A stretch of DNA of 64,000 nt from an uncultured Ruminococcus sp. Lineage in GTDB: Bacteria > Bacillota > Clostridia > Oscillospirales > Acutalibacteraceae. The stretch lies in assembly GCA_944412525.1 (NCBI GenBank), contig CALYBM010000077.1, positions 27,044 through 91,043 of the forward strand, in the 5' to 3' direction. The notes beneath the pieces are model-generated. The model was not told the DNA's origin and made no database searches. It saw only the letters and a list, made by a program, of their open reading frames with translations. The position numbers were made by a program, and so were the translations under genes. This document shows positions 46,883 to 55,702 of the stretch, piece after piece; the first letter of the stretch is position 1, and every line of letters begins with the position of its first letter.

Positions 46883-49708
46883 ATGGCACAGGATAAAATA
46901 ATCGTAAGAGGGGCAAAGGAGCATAACCTAAAAAATGTTGATGTTGAAATTCCCAGAAACAAGCTTGTTGTCTTGACGGGGCTTTCGGGTTCGGGCAAAA
47001 GCTCACTTGCTTTTGATACAATTTACGCCGAGGGACAGCGTCGCTATGTAGAAAGTCTTTCGTCATACGCCAGAATGTTTCTCGGTCAGATGGACAAGCC
47101 AAATGTTGAGAGCATTGAGGGGTTGTCGCCTGCAATTTCAATAGACCAAAAAACAACATCAAAAAACCCCCGTTCAACGGTGGGCACGGTGACCGAAATA
47201 TATGACTATCTGCGTTTGCTGTATGCAAGAGTGGGCGTTCCGCACTGTACTGTTTGCGGCCGTGAAATTCGACAGCAGACGGTTGACCAGATTGTCGACA
47301 AAATTATGTCTTACGACGCGGGCACAAAGATTCAAATAATGGCACCCGTAGTAAGAGGAAGAAAGGGCGAACACGCAAAAACTCTTGACACCGCCAGAAA
47401 ATCGGGATTTGTGCGTGTAAGAGCGGACGGAATCATTTATGACTTGTCCGAGAAAATCCCGCTTGAAAAAAACAAAAAACACAACATTGATGTAGTTGTG
47501 GACCGACTTGTAATTAAACAGGAAATTACCTCCCGCCTTTCCGACAGCATAGAAACAGCGTCAAAGCTCTCGGGCGGGCTGATTGTCGTCAGTTTTTCTA
47601 ACGGCGAAGAAGTAACCTTTTCGCAAAAATACGCCTGCCCCGAACACGGCGTGAGCATTGACGATTTGTCGCCCCGTATGTTCTCGTTTAATAACCCGTT
47701 CGGAGCTTGTCCCAAGTGTACGGGACTCGGAGTGTTCCTAAAGATTGACGAGGCAAAAATAATTCCCGATAAGAATAAAAGCATAAAGGACGGCGGAATC
47801 AAGGGAAGCGGCTGGGCAATGGAAGGCAGTTCTATTGCCGCTATGTATTTTGAAGCTCTTGCCAAAAAATATAACTTTTCGCTCACACAGCCGATTAAGG
47901 AAATTCCCGAAAATGTAATAAACATAATCCTTTACGGTACGGGTGACGAAAAGCTTGTCATAAACCGAAAATCCGTTTACGGAAGCGGAACATACGAGCA
48001 GAGCTTTGAGGGCATAATCAACAACCTTGAGCGACGCTACCGTGAAACAAGCAGTAACTGGATAAAAGACGAAATCCGTGCGTATATGACTGAAATTCCC
48101 TGCGATGAATGTCACGGCGAGCGGCTTTCAAAGGAGAGCCTTGCCGTAACCGTAGGCGGAATAAACATATCCGATTTTTGCAAAATGTCGGTGGTGGATT
48201 CTCTTGAGTTTATTAAAAATTTAAAGCTGTCGGAAAAAGAACAGATTATCGGCAGTGAAATCATCAAGGAAATAACCGAAAGGCTCAATTTTCTCAAGAG
48301 CGTGGGACTCGGCTATTTGTCGCTTTCAAGAAGTTCGGGCACGCTTTCGGGAGGAGAGAGCCAGCGTATCCGCCTTGCAACCCAGATCGGCAGTTCCCTC
48401 ATGGGCGTGCTGTATATTCTCGACGAGCCGAGCATAGGTCTTCATCAGCGAGATAACGAAAAACTGTTAAAAACATTAAAAAGACTGCGTGATTTGGGCA
48501 ATACGGTAATCGCCGTAGAGCACGACGAGGACACCATGTACGCCGCCGACTATATAGTCGATGTCGGCCCCGGTGCGGGCATACACGGAGGAGAAATTGT
48601 CTGCACGGGCGATGTAAACAAGATAAAAGCGTGCGAAAAATCCATCACGGGTCAGTATCTAAGCGGAAAACGCCGTGTTCCCGTCCCCGAAAAACGCAGA
48701 AAGGGAAACGGAAAGTTTGTTGAAATAGTCGGCGCTTCGCAAAACAATCTCAAAAATATCAATGTAAAAATACCTCTCGGAAAATTTGTCTGCGTAACGG
48801 GAGTTTCGGGTTCGGGCAAAAGCTCGCTGATAAACGAAATTCTCTACAAATCACTTGCCCGTGAGCTAAACGGCTCAAAGCTGATTGCGGGCAAACACAA
48901 GGCGATAAAGGGGCTCGAAAATCTCGACAAGGTCATAGCCATTGACCAAAGCCCAATCGGCAGAACCCCGCGCTCAAATCCCGCAACATATACGGGACTC
49001 TTTACTGAAATCAGAGCGTTGTTTGCGACAACTCAGGACGCAAAAATGCGTGGATTTACGCAAAGCCGTTTTTCGTTCAATGTAAAAGGCGGCAGGTGCG
49101 AGGCTTGTCAGGGCGACGGAATAATCAAGATAGAAATGCACTTTTTATCCGATGTGTATGTTCCGTGTGAGGTCTGCAAAGGCAAGCGGTATAACCGCGA
49201 AACACTTGAAGTCAAGTACAAAGGAAAATCTATCAGCGATGTGCTTGAAATGTCGGTCGAAGAGGCAATGGAGTTTTTCTCAAACATTCCCAAAATCTAC
49301 AAAAAGCTCAAAACACTTTATGATGTCGGACTCGGCTACATTCAGCTCGGTCAGCCCGCAACAACGCTTTCGGGCGGCGAGGCTCAGAGAGTTAAGCTTG
49401 CGACGGAGCTGTCAAAGCGAAGCACGGGCAAAACAATCTATATTCTCGATGAACCGACAACGGGCCTTCATATAGCCGATGTACACAGACTTGTTGATGT
49501 TCTCCAGCTACTCGTCGATGGCGGAAATACGGTTGTTGTTATTGAGCATAATCTCGACTTAATAAAAACCGCAGACCACATAATCGACCTCGGTCCAGAG
49601 GGCGGCGATATGGGCGGCGAAATCGTAGTGCAGGGAACACCCGAACAGGTGGCTGAATGCGAAAAATCCTTTACGGGGCAGTATCTAAAGCCGTTTCTTG
49701 AAAAATAA
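46883..49708 (+). CDS. uvrA: Excinuclease ABC subunit A
   Basis: Two [19 protein letters not shown]-loops, [16 protein letters not shown], Zn fingers. Confidence 0.98.
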   Translation: MAQDKIIVRGAKEHNLKNVDVEIPRNKLVVLTGLSGSGKSSLAFDTIYAEGQRRYVESLSSYARMFLGQMDKPNVESIEGLSPAISIDQKTTSKNPRSTVGTVTEIYDYLRLLYARVGVPHCTVCGREIRQQTVDQIVDKIMSYDAGTKIQIMAPVVRGRKGEHAKTLDTARKSGFVRVRADGIIYDLSEKIPLEKNKKHNIDVVVDRLVIKQEITSRLSDSIETASKLSGGLIVVSFSNGEEVTFSQKYACPEHGVSIDDLSPRMFSFNNPFGACPKCTGLGVFLKIDEAKIIPDKNKSIKDGGIKGSGWAMEGSSIAAMYFEALAKKYNFSLTQPIKEIPENVINIILYGTGDEKLVINRKSVYGSGTYEQSFEGIINNLERRYRETSSNWIKDEIRAYMTEIPCDECHGERLSKESLAVTVGGINISDFCKMSVVDSLEFIKNLKLSEKEQIIGSEIIKEITERLNFLKSVGLGYLSLSRSSGTLSGGESQRIRLATQIGSSLMGVLYILDEPSIGLHQRDNEKLLKTLKRLRDLGNTVIAVEHDEDTMYAADYIVDVGPGAGIHGGEIVCTGDVNKIKACEKSITGQYLSGKRRVPVPEKRRKGNGKFVEIVGASQNNLKNINVKIPLGKFVCVTGVSGSGKSSLINEILYKSLARELNGSKLIAGKHKAIKGLENLDKVIAIDQSPIGRTPRSNPATYTGLFTEIRALFATTQDAKMRGFTQSRFSFNVKGGRCEACQGDGIIKIEMHFLSDVYVPCEVCKGKRYNRETLEVKYKGKSISDVLEMSVEEAMEFFSNIPKIYKKLKTLYDVGLGYIQLGQPATTLSGGEAQRVKLATELSKRSTGKTIYILDEPTTGLHIADVHRLVDVLQLLVDGGNTVVVIEHNLDLIKTADHIIDLGPEGGDMGGEIVVQGTPEQVAECEKSFTGQYLKPFLEK

Positions 49709-49730
49709 AAAATAATTTAAACAAATTTTT

Positions 49731-49768
49731 GAAAAGTTGCATATTTTTATGCAACTTTTCTTTTTTTT
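49731..49768 (+). terminator. Terminator after uvrA
   Basis: GAAAAGTTGCAT/ATGCAACTTTTC plus T8. Confidence 0.88.
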
Positions 49769-49791
49769 GCTCTGTAAGTGGAGGTGATTGA

Positions 49792-50034
49792 TTGAGTGAA
49801 CAAATGATTTTGGCGTTGCTGTCGTTTGCGGGAACCTTGCTTGGCTCTCTTGCAGGCGTGTGCGCGACTTCAAGACTTACAAACTACAGAATTGAACAGC
49901 TTGAAAAAAAGGTTGACAAGCACAACAATCTTGTAGAGCGTGTATATCGAATCGAACAGCACGAAGCGGTTATCGACAATAAACTGAAAACAGCCGATCA
50001 CCGCATTAAAGATCTCGAAAAAGAACAAATTTAA
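49792..50034 (+). CDS. Phage-type lysis-associated single-TM/coiled-coil protein
   Basis: MSEQMILALLSFAGTLLGS..LTNYRIEQLEKKVDKHNNLVER; RBS GGAGGTGA. Confidence 0.75.
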   Translation: MSEQMILALLSFAGTLLGSLAGVCATSRLTNYRIEQLEKKVDKHNNLVERVYRIEQHEAVIDNKLKTADHRIKDLEKEQI

Positions 50035-50092
50035 AGCAGTGCCATATTATGTTAGTGAGCACTGCCTAATAACGAAAGGATGCTTAAATTTT

Positions 50093-50329
50093 ATGAAAAT
50101 TTTAAATGTTACCTTTACAAAGGAATGTTTGTACCGTGCTTTGCGAACATTTTTGCAGACGGCAATAGGCTATATAATAGCTAATATATCTCTCTACGCA
50201 ACAGGCATTGATTTTGCCGACGGCGATGTCGTAAAAAATGCCCTGATAGGTTTGGCAGTTTCTGCATTTTCAGCAGGCTCGGCAGCAGTAATGAATATAA
50301 AAAAAGGAGACGACAAAAAAGATGGCTAA
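50093..50329 (+). CDS. Holin, homologue of prophage 22564-22770
   Basis: FTKECLYRALRTFLQTAIGY...NALIGLAVSAFSAGSAAVMNI. Confidence 0.78.
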   Translation: MKILNVTFTKECLYRALRTFLQTAIGYIIANISLYATGIDFADGDVVKNALIGLAVSAFSAGSAAVMNIKKGDDKKDG

Positions 50330-51110
50330 AAAAATATATCTAAGCCCCTCAACACAGAGCGGCAACACCTACGCCTCAGGCAATACCAATGAAATGGCAC
50401 AGTGCGAAAAAATCGCAGACGCCGCCGCTTCGGCACTCAAACGATGCGGATTCGAGGTTAAGGTCGGCAAGTCGGGCGATTCAATGCTTAATCGCTGTAA
50501 TGAATCAGACGCTTTTAAAGCGGATATTCATATGCCCATTCACACCAACGCCTACAACGGCAAGGTGACAGGCGGAACAAGAATTTTTTGTTACAGCTCG
50601 TCAGCAGCCAATACAGCACCCGCAAATGCCGTTTTAAAAACTCTCGGTGCAATATCACCTGGAACGGCTGACAGCGTATCCGTAAACGCAGGATTGTATG
50701 AGGTAAACAAGCCTAAAGCAATTACCGTATATGTAGAGTGCGAATTCCACGATACAAAGACAGGTGCAGATTGGATTATCAAAAATGTTAAAAACATCGG
50801 CGAAGCAATCTGCAAAGGACTTTGCAATCACTTTAAAGTTAAATATGTGTCAGGCACATCACCCAACACCTCGGCAGGTTCTTCTACGACAACCTCTTCG
50901 GCTTTCAAAAGCTATATAGTTAGAATCACCCCCTCAGACGGAGTGAATATCCGAAAAGGTCCGGGTACTGACTATGATATAGTCGGTGCAATAGAAAAAG
51001 GCGGTGCTTATACTATCGTTGAAGAAAAAGACGGCAAAGGTGCTTCAAAGTGGGGCAAGCTGAAAAGCGGTGCAGGCTGGATCGCTCTTGACTATACCGA
51101 AAAAATCTGA
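50322..51110 (+). CDS. Amidase_3 peptidoglycan hydrolase with C-terminal SH3b
   Basis: MAKKIYLSPS, HMPIHTNA, VYVECEFHD; VNIRKGPGTDY...WGKLKSGAGWIALDY. Confidence 0.9.
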   Translation: MAKKIYLSPSTQSGNTYASGNTNEMAQCEKIADAAASALKRCGFEVKVGKSGDSMLNRCNESDAFKADIHMPIHTNAYNGKVTGGTRIFCYSSSAANTAPANAVLKTLGAISPGTADSVSVNAGLYEVNKPKAITVYVECEFHDTKTGADWIIKNVKNIGEAICKGLCNHFKVKYVSGTSPNTSAGSSTTTSSAFKSYIVRITPSDGVNIRKGPGTDYDIVGAIEKGGAYTIVEEKDGKGASKWGKLKSGAGWIALDYTEKI

Positions 51111-51128
51111 CTTATGATTAAAAAATAA

Positions 51129-51166
51129 TGAGTTTGCCCCGATTTTTAACTTGAGGGGCAAACTCA
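51129..51166. terminator. Hairpin terminator after the amidase (probably bidirectional)
   Basis: TGAGTTTGCCCC/GGGGCAAACTCA preceded by an A tract. Confidence 0.75.
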
Positions 51167-51238
51167 CCTTTAATTTATTAATAAAAAATAAAACAGGCAA
51201 TAATTTTACGCAAAATAAAACGCAAAATCATTACCCAA

Positions 51239-51264
51239 TTTCGTGAAATAAGTTATTTTTAGAA
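51239..51264 (+). repeat. IR-L: left 26-bp inverted repeat flanking the recombinase
   Basis: TTTCGTGAAATAAGTTATTTTTAGAA; 25/26 identical to the reverse complement of 52618-52643. Confidence 0.9.
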
Positions 51265-51292
51265 CAAGTAAGTTTTGTTAAACTTCGATATT

Positions 51293-51321
51293 ATAATACC
51301 AAATATGCCAATATGTGTCAA
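51293..51321 (-). promoter_or_regulatory. Outward-facing sigmaA promoter inside the IR-bounded segment
   Basis: Minus-strand TTGACA(51321-51316)-N17-TATTAT(51298-51293). Confidence 0.6.
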
Positions 51322-51451
51322 TATGTTTTTTAAAATTTTTTTAATTTTTTTTAAAATATAATTTAAATTCTTATATATTTGTTATTTTTAAGTCTTTAAC
51401 TGGTCATTTCTATGGTCTTTTCAGGACATAAAAATATGGGTCGGTGGTCAA

Positions 51452-52546
51452 ATGAGAACAAAACAGAATATTTATAAAAGAAAAGACGGAAGATGGGAGG
51501 GGAGGTACTTTAAAGAATATGACAGTAACGGAAAAATAAAATATTCTTCAGTTTATGCTAAATCATACACAGAAGTAAAAGAAAAGCTTAACAGTATAAA
51601 AGCCAACTCATTAAATATATCCACAAATGGTATTAAAACTGATTTTAAAGATGTGTGCAAAGAGTGGCTCGAATATAAAAAAAGTTCAATAAAAATATCT
51701 TCATATGCAAAATATAATTTTATTATTGAAAAGTACATTATCCCGTTTTTTAATAATTGCAAACTGTATGAGTTAAATAAAAATTCCTTAAACGAATTAA
51801 TAATAAAAAATAATAACCTTGCACAAAGCACCCAAAAAAATATTGCAACTGTATTTAAATCTATCATTTTGTTTGTAAATGACAAATACAACTTAAATTT
51901 AGAAATAACATCTTGTCAATTTAAAAAAGCTTATGCCGAAAATATGAAAGTATTGTCGGAATTTGAACAAGAAAAATTGGTAAGATATTTATTAAATAAT
52001 ATTAATTTGATAAATTTAGGTGTTTTAGTTTGTTTATTTACCGGATTACGAATAGGAGAAATTTGTGCTTTAAAATGGTCTGACATAGATTTAAAAAACA
52101 AAATCATTAAAGTATCTAAAACTATACAAAGAGTGCAGATAGTTGACGAGTATCATAATTCAAAAACAACAATTATTTCGCAATCTCCGAAATCAAACAA
52201 CTCAATAAGAGAAATACCGATGACAGATGATTTGATATCAATCATAAACAAAAATGTAAAGAATTTCAATAGCAACACATATTTCCTTACAGGAAATAAA
52301 CATTACATTGAACCCAGAAATCTTCAAAATAAATTTAAAAAAATTCTTGCCAATGCAAAAATAAATGATATAAATTTTCATGCTTTAAGGCATACATTCG
52401 CAACGAGAGCTATTGAAAACGGTATTGATGTAAAAAGCGTTAGTGAAATTCTCGGACATTCTAATGTAAGTATGACACTTCAAAAATATGTACACATATC
52501 TATGCAACAAAAATTAAAAGAGATTAACAAATTAAAGTTATTTTAA
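51452..52546 (+). CDS. Tyrosine recombinase (intact) with an N-terminal arm-binding-like domain
   Basis: NIYKRKDGRWEGRY; GLRIGE, FHALRH, LGHS, LQKYVH catalytic residues R-H-R-H-Y. Confidence 0.93.
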   Translation: MRTKQNIYKRKDGRWEGRYFKEYDSNGKIKYSSVYAKSYTEVKEKLNSIKANSLNISTNGIKTDFKDVCKEWLEYKKSSIKISSYAKYNFIIEKYIIPFFNNCKLYELNKNSLNELIIKNNNLAQSTQKNIATVFKSIILFVNDKYNLNLEITSCQFKKAYAENMKVLSEFEQEKLVRYLLNNINLINLGVLVCLFTGLRIGEICALKWSDIDLKNKIIKVSKTIQRVQIVDEYHNSKTTIISQSPKSNNSIREIPMTDDLISIINKNVKNFNSNTYFLTGNKHYIEPRNLQNKFKKILANAKINDINFHALRHTFATRAIENGIDVKSVSEILGHSNVSMTLQKYVHISMQQKLKEINKLKLF

Positions 52547-52617
52547 ATGTGTACTTGGTCAAAAAAATCGTAAAACAGAAGAAAAACTCGCATAAAATGC
52601 GAGTTTTTGTTTTGTTT

Positions 52618-52643
52618 TTCTAAAAGTAACTTATTTCACGAAA
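52618..52643 (-). repeat. IR-R: right 26-bp inverted repeat
   Basis: TTCTAAAAGTAACTTATTTCACGAAA, directly after the recombinase terminator AAAAACTCGCAT/ATGCGAGTTTTT. Confidence 0.9.
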
Positions 52644-52740
52644 ATAAAATTTTAAATTTAAGTTATTCAATAATGCTGTTTTAAGATATTGTATCCGAAT
52701 TCCCTTAATAATATTTAATTTGAGAAGCTCTATGGTGATG

Positions 52741-52762
52741 AAGTTATGTTAACAAATAACTT
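52741..52762. repeat. Palindromic AAGTTAT-N8-ATAACTT site
   Basis: AAGTTAT GTTAACAA ATAACTT: 7-bp arms with an 8-bp spacer, sharing the AAGTTAT core of IR-L. Confidence 0.65.
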
Positions 52763-52834
52763 TCGGTACAAAAGGTTTTCTTAAAACGGATAATGCAGTA
52801 AATTTAAAATAACAAACCAATAAATTTATTTTTC

Positions 52835-52867
52835 AGTTATTTTTAGTTAAAGTAGTTTTGTTAAACT
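52835..52867 (+). repeat. Site D: direct partial copy of IR-L and its inner flank
   Basis: AGTTATTTTTAG-N7-AGTTTTGTTAAACT versus AGTTATTTTTAG-N8-AGTTTTGTTAAACT at 51251-51284. Confidence 0.8.
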
Positions 52868-53005
52868 GAGGCGATAATGTGGAGAATCATTTGCACTAAA
52901 ATTCAACATATCTAAAATACAATATCACCACAATCTATACTACAATTAATCATTAATTTTGATACCACTGAAAATGCAGATAATTCGTCACAGATTTTGC
53001 TTACG

Positions 53006-53040
53006 GAAAACCAACGGAAACTTATCCGTTGGTTTTTTCG
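53006..53040. terminator. Bidirectional terminator at the 3' end of tcdA
   Basis: GAAAACCAACGGA/TCCGTTGGTTTTTT. Confidence 0.8.
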
Positions 53041-53052
53041 TTTTGTGACAAA

Positions 53053-53751
53053 TTAAATGTTACATATGTCCTTTATTACTTCTCCTGCAATAATAAGTCC
53101 CATAACCGACGGTACAAACGCAAGACTTCCCACAGTTTTTTCGCCCTCTATTTTGTAGGGCGGATTTTTCGGCGGTTCTTTCGAGTAAACCACCTTTAGC
53201 TTTTCGACACCCGCTTTTTTAAGCTCACGTCTCATTATTCGGGCAAGGGGACAAACGCTTGTTTTGTAGATGTCGCAAACTTCAAATTTTGTAGGATCGG
53301 TTTTGTTACCTGCTCCCATAGCCGAAATTATCGGTATATTGTTTTCCTTTGCGATTTTTGTAAGCAAAATTTTTGCTTTAATATCGTCAACAGCGTCAAT
53401 AATATAATCGTACGCGGTAAAATCGTGTTTATTTGCCGTTTCGGAATTTATAAAAATATTAAAAGCCGTCACCCGTGCGTTGGGATTTATATCAAGTATT
53501 CTGTTTTTCATAACATCGGCTTTAAATTTTCCTACGGTTGATTCAAGTGCTATAATCTGTCTGTTTATATTAGACTTTGCAACCGTGTCGCCGTCAAACA
53601 GTGTGAGCCCGCCTGCTCCGCTTCTTGCCAGAGCCTCGCACACATATCCTCCTACTCCTCCCACTCCCGCAACGGCAAAATTGCAGGCGGAAAGCTTTTG
53701 GAGGTTTTCTTCGCCGATTACAAGCGATGTTCTTATAAATCTTTCGTCCAT
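53053..53751 (-). CDS. tcdA: ThiF-family tRNA threonylcarbamoyladenosine dehydratase
   Basis: GVGGVGG, DGDTVAKSNINRQ, SAMGAGNK, CPLARIMR, GSLAFVPSVMG; start at MDERF (53751). Confidence 0.88.
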   Translation of the reverse strand: MDERFIRTSLVIGEENLQKLSACNFAVAGVGGVGGYVCEALARSGAGGLTLFDGDTVAKSNINRQIIALESTVGKFKADVMKNRILDINPNARVTAFNIFINSETANKHDFTAYDYIIDAVDDIKAKILLTKIAKENNIPIISAMGAGNKTDPTKFEVCDIYKTSVCPLARIMRRELKKAGVEKLKVVYSKEPPKNPPYKIEGEKTVGSLAFVPSVMGLIIAGEVIKDICNI

Positions 53752-53849
53752 AACATCAGTCCTTTTTAATATTTTATTATAAAACTTTTTTGCAGTCAAC
53801 ATAATGCAGAGGATTATGCATATAATGTTCAAATGGGTGTAATATTGCT

Positions 53850-54013
53850 TGACTGTGTTTGAGTGAGTTTGAACGGTGCACAAAATAATAGATAAAAATA
53901 ATTGCAACATCTTTTCAAAAATATGGAAAATAAAATAAAAATCTAAAATATTTTTTAAAATCTGAAATATTTTGACTGAAAATGCTTGACTTTGGAGATT
54001 TGTATGATATAAT
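53850..54013 (+). promoter_or_regulatory. fru operon promoter with FruR-like 10-bp repeats
   Basis: TGACTGTGTT/TGAGTGAGTT/TGAACGGTGC in 10-bp register at 53850-53879; TTGACT(53986)-N16-TATAAT(54008) with an extended TG. Confidence 0.55.
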
Positions 54014-54035
54014 TTAAGCAAGAGGTGAACAAATT

Positions 54036-54785
54036 ATGCTCACTCAGGAAAGATATCATTCAATCTTACAGATTCTTAACGAAAAAGGTGCCGTAACCGT
54101 TGCCGAGCTTACGCACATTCTTGACGCGTCGGAATCTACTGTCAGGCGTGACCTTGCAAACCTTGATGAAATGGGAATGCTCAAAAAGGTTTTCGGCGGG
54201 GCGACTTCGATTAGACAGAGTGCGGGTATGCTTGAGGACGATGTAAGCAACCGAGAAACCGTTATGAGTGCCGAAAAAGATGTTATTGCCGCTTATTCGG
54301 CCACGCTGATAAATGACAGTGACTTTGTTTTTATTGACGCAGGAACAACAACCTCGCGCCTCGTTGATTATATTACCAACGAACGGGCAACATATGTAAC
54401 CAACGGAATAAATCACGCACGAAAGCTTTTGCAGAAAGGTTTTTCGGCGTTTATGGTGGGAGGCAAAATCAAAACCCTGACCGAGGCCGTTGTAGGAACC
54501 GAGGGCATACGCTCTATTTCGAGTTTTAATTTTACCAAAGCGTTTATGGGAACAAACGGAATTGATATTGAGGCGGGTTTTACGACGCCTGATGTTGATG
54601 AGGCTCTCATAAAGGAAAAGGCTGTTGAAAAGAGCTATATGGCGTTTGTGCTTGCAGACCATACCAAGTTCAGAAAAGTATGTTCCGTTACATTCGCAAA
54701 GCTTAACAAGTGCTGTATCATAACCGACAGCCTGCCCGATAAAAGATTTGCTGAACATACGGTGATAAAGGAGGTAAACAAATGA
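54036..54785 (+). CDS. fruR: DeoR-family fructose repressor
   Basis: ASESTVRRDL, VFGGA, FIDAGTT; heads the fruK-fruA operon. Confidence 0.9.
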   Translation: MLTQERYHSILQILNEKGAVTVAELTHILDASESTVRRDLANLDEMGMLKKVFGGATSIRQSAGMLEDDVSNRETVMSAEKDVIAAYSATLINDSDFVFIDAGTTTSRLVDYITNERATYVTNGINHARKLLQKGFSAFMVGGKIKTLTEAVVGTEGIRSISSFNFTKAFMGTNGIDIEAGFTTPDVDEALIKEKAVEKSYMAFVLADHTKFRKVCSVTFAKLNKCCIITDSLPDKRFAEHTVIKEVNK

Positions 54786-55687
54786 TTTATACAGTTACCC
54801 TTAATCCGTCGATAGACTATGTTGTAAGGCTTGATTCACTTGTGAGAGGCATTACCAACCGCACAACAAGCGAGGAGTACTATTACGGAGGAAAGGGAAT
54901 AAATGTTTCCTGTGTGCTTGCGGAGCTTGATCTTGAAAGCACGGCTTTCGGATTTGTTGCGGGATTTACGGGAGACGCTATTGAAAAGGGAATACGCAAC
55001 GACAAAATCATCACCGACTTTATCAAGCTTGATAAGGGAATATCAAGAATTAACATAAAAATCAAAGCGGGCGAGGAAACCGAGATAAACTGTCAGGGAC
55101 CTCACATTGATGAACATGAGCTTGAAAGACTGCTCGGAAAGGTTGACAGAATTACCGACGGCGACACAATAGTGATTGCGGGAAATGTTCCCAACACAAT
55201 GCCCGACAATGTTTACGAAAGAATACTTGACAGAATTAAAGGTAGAAATGTCAGAATTGTTGTTGACGCAACCAAAAAGCTTCTGCTTAATTCGCTTAAA
55301 TATAAGCCGTTTTTAATTAAACCCAACAAACAGGAGCTTTCGGAAATTTTTGAAACTGAAATTGACAGTGAAGAAGACATAGAAAAATACGCCAAAGAGC
55401 TGCAAAAAATGGGTGCACAGAATGTGCTTATTTCACTGGGCAAAAACGGTGCGATGCTCATTGACGAGTTCGGTGAAAAGCACAAGGCAGGCGTACTCAA
55501 GGAAAAGGTAATTAACACGGTAGGCTCAGGCGACTCGATGGTGGCAGGTTTTATTGCAGGTTATGAAATGAAGCACAGCTACCCTTACGCACTTAAATTA
55601 GGCAGTGTCTGCGGAAACGCCACGGCATTTTTGAGCGGACTTGCCACAAAAGAAAAAATAAATGAATTGCTTGCAAAATTCAATTAA
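54782..55687 (+). CDS. fruK: 1-phosphofructokinase
   Basis: TVTLNPSIDY, GGKGINVS, IKPN..EL, NTVGSGDSMVAG. Confidence 0.92.
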   Translation: MIYTVTLNPSIDYVVRLDSLVRGITNRTTSEEYYYGGKGINVSCVLAELDLESTAFGFVAGFTGDAIEKGIRNDKIITDFIKLDKGISRINIKIKAGEETEINCQGPHIDEHELERLLGKVDRITDGDTIVIAGNVPNTMPDNVYERILDRIKGRNVRIVVDATKKLLLNSLKYKPFLIKPNKQELSEIFETEIDSEEDIEKYAKELQKMGAQNVLISLGKNGAMLIDEFGEKHKAGVLKEKVINTVGSGDSMVAGFIAGYEMKHSYPYALKLGSVCGNATAFLSGLATKEKINELLAKFN

Positions 55688-55702
55688 AAAGGAGAGACAA
55701 TT

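Noticed and set aside
51452-52546. Integrase of a second prophage extending from uvrA to tcdA
   Set aside because: No structural, replication or repressor genes are present. The flanking repeats are inverted and hug the recombinase, rather than being direct repeats bounding the whole 49.8-53.0 kb region. A highly decayed phage origin of the lysis genes remains possible.
53752-54021. 90-aa N-terminal extension of tcdA in the ORF track
   Set aside because: It spans the AT-rich divergent promoter region; homology begins at MDERF.
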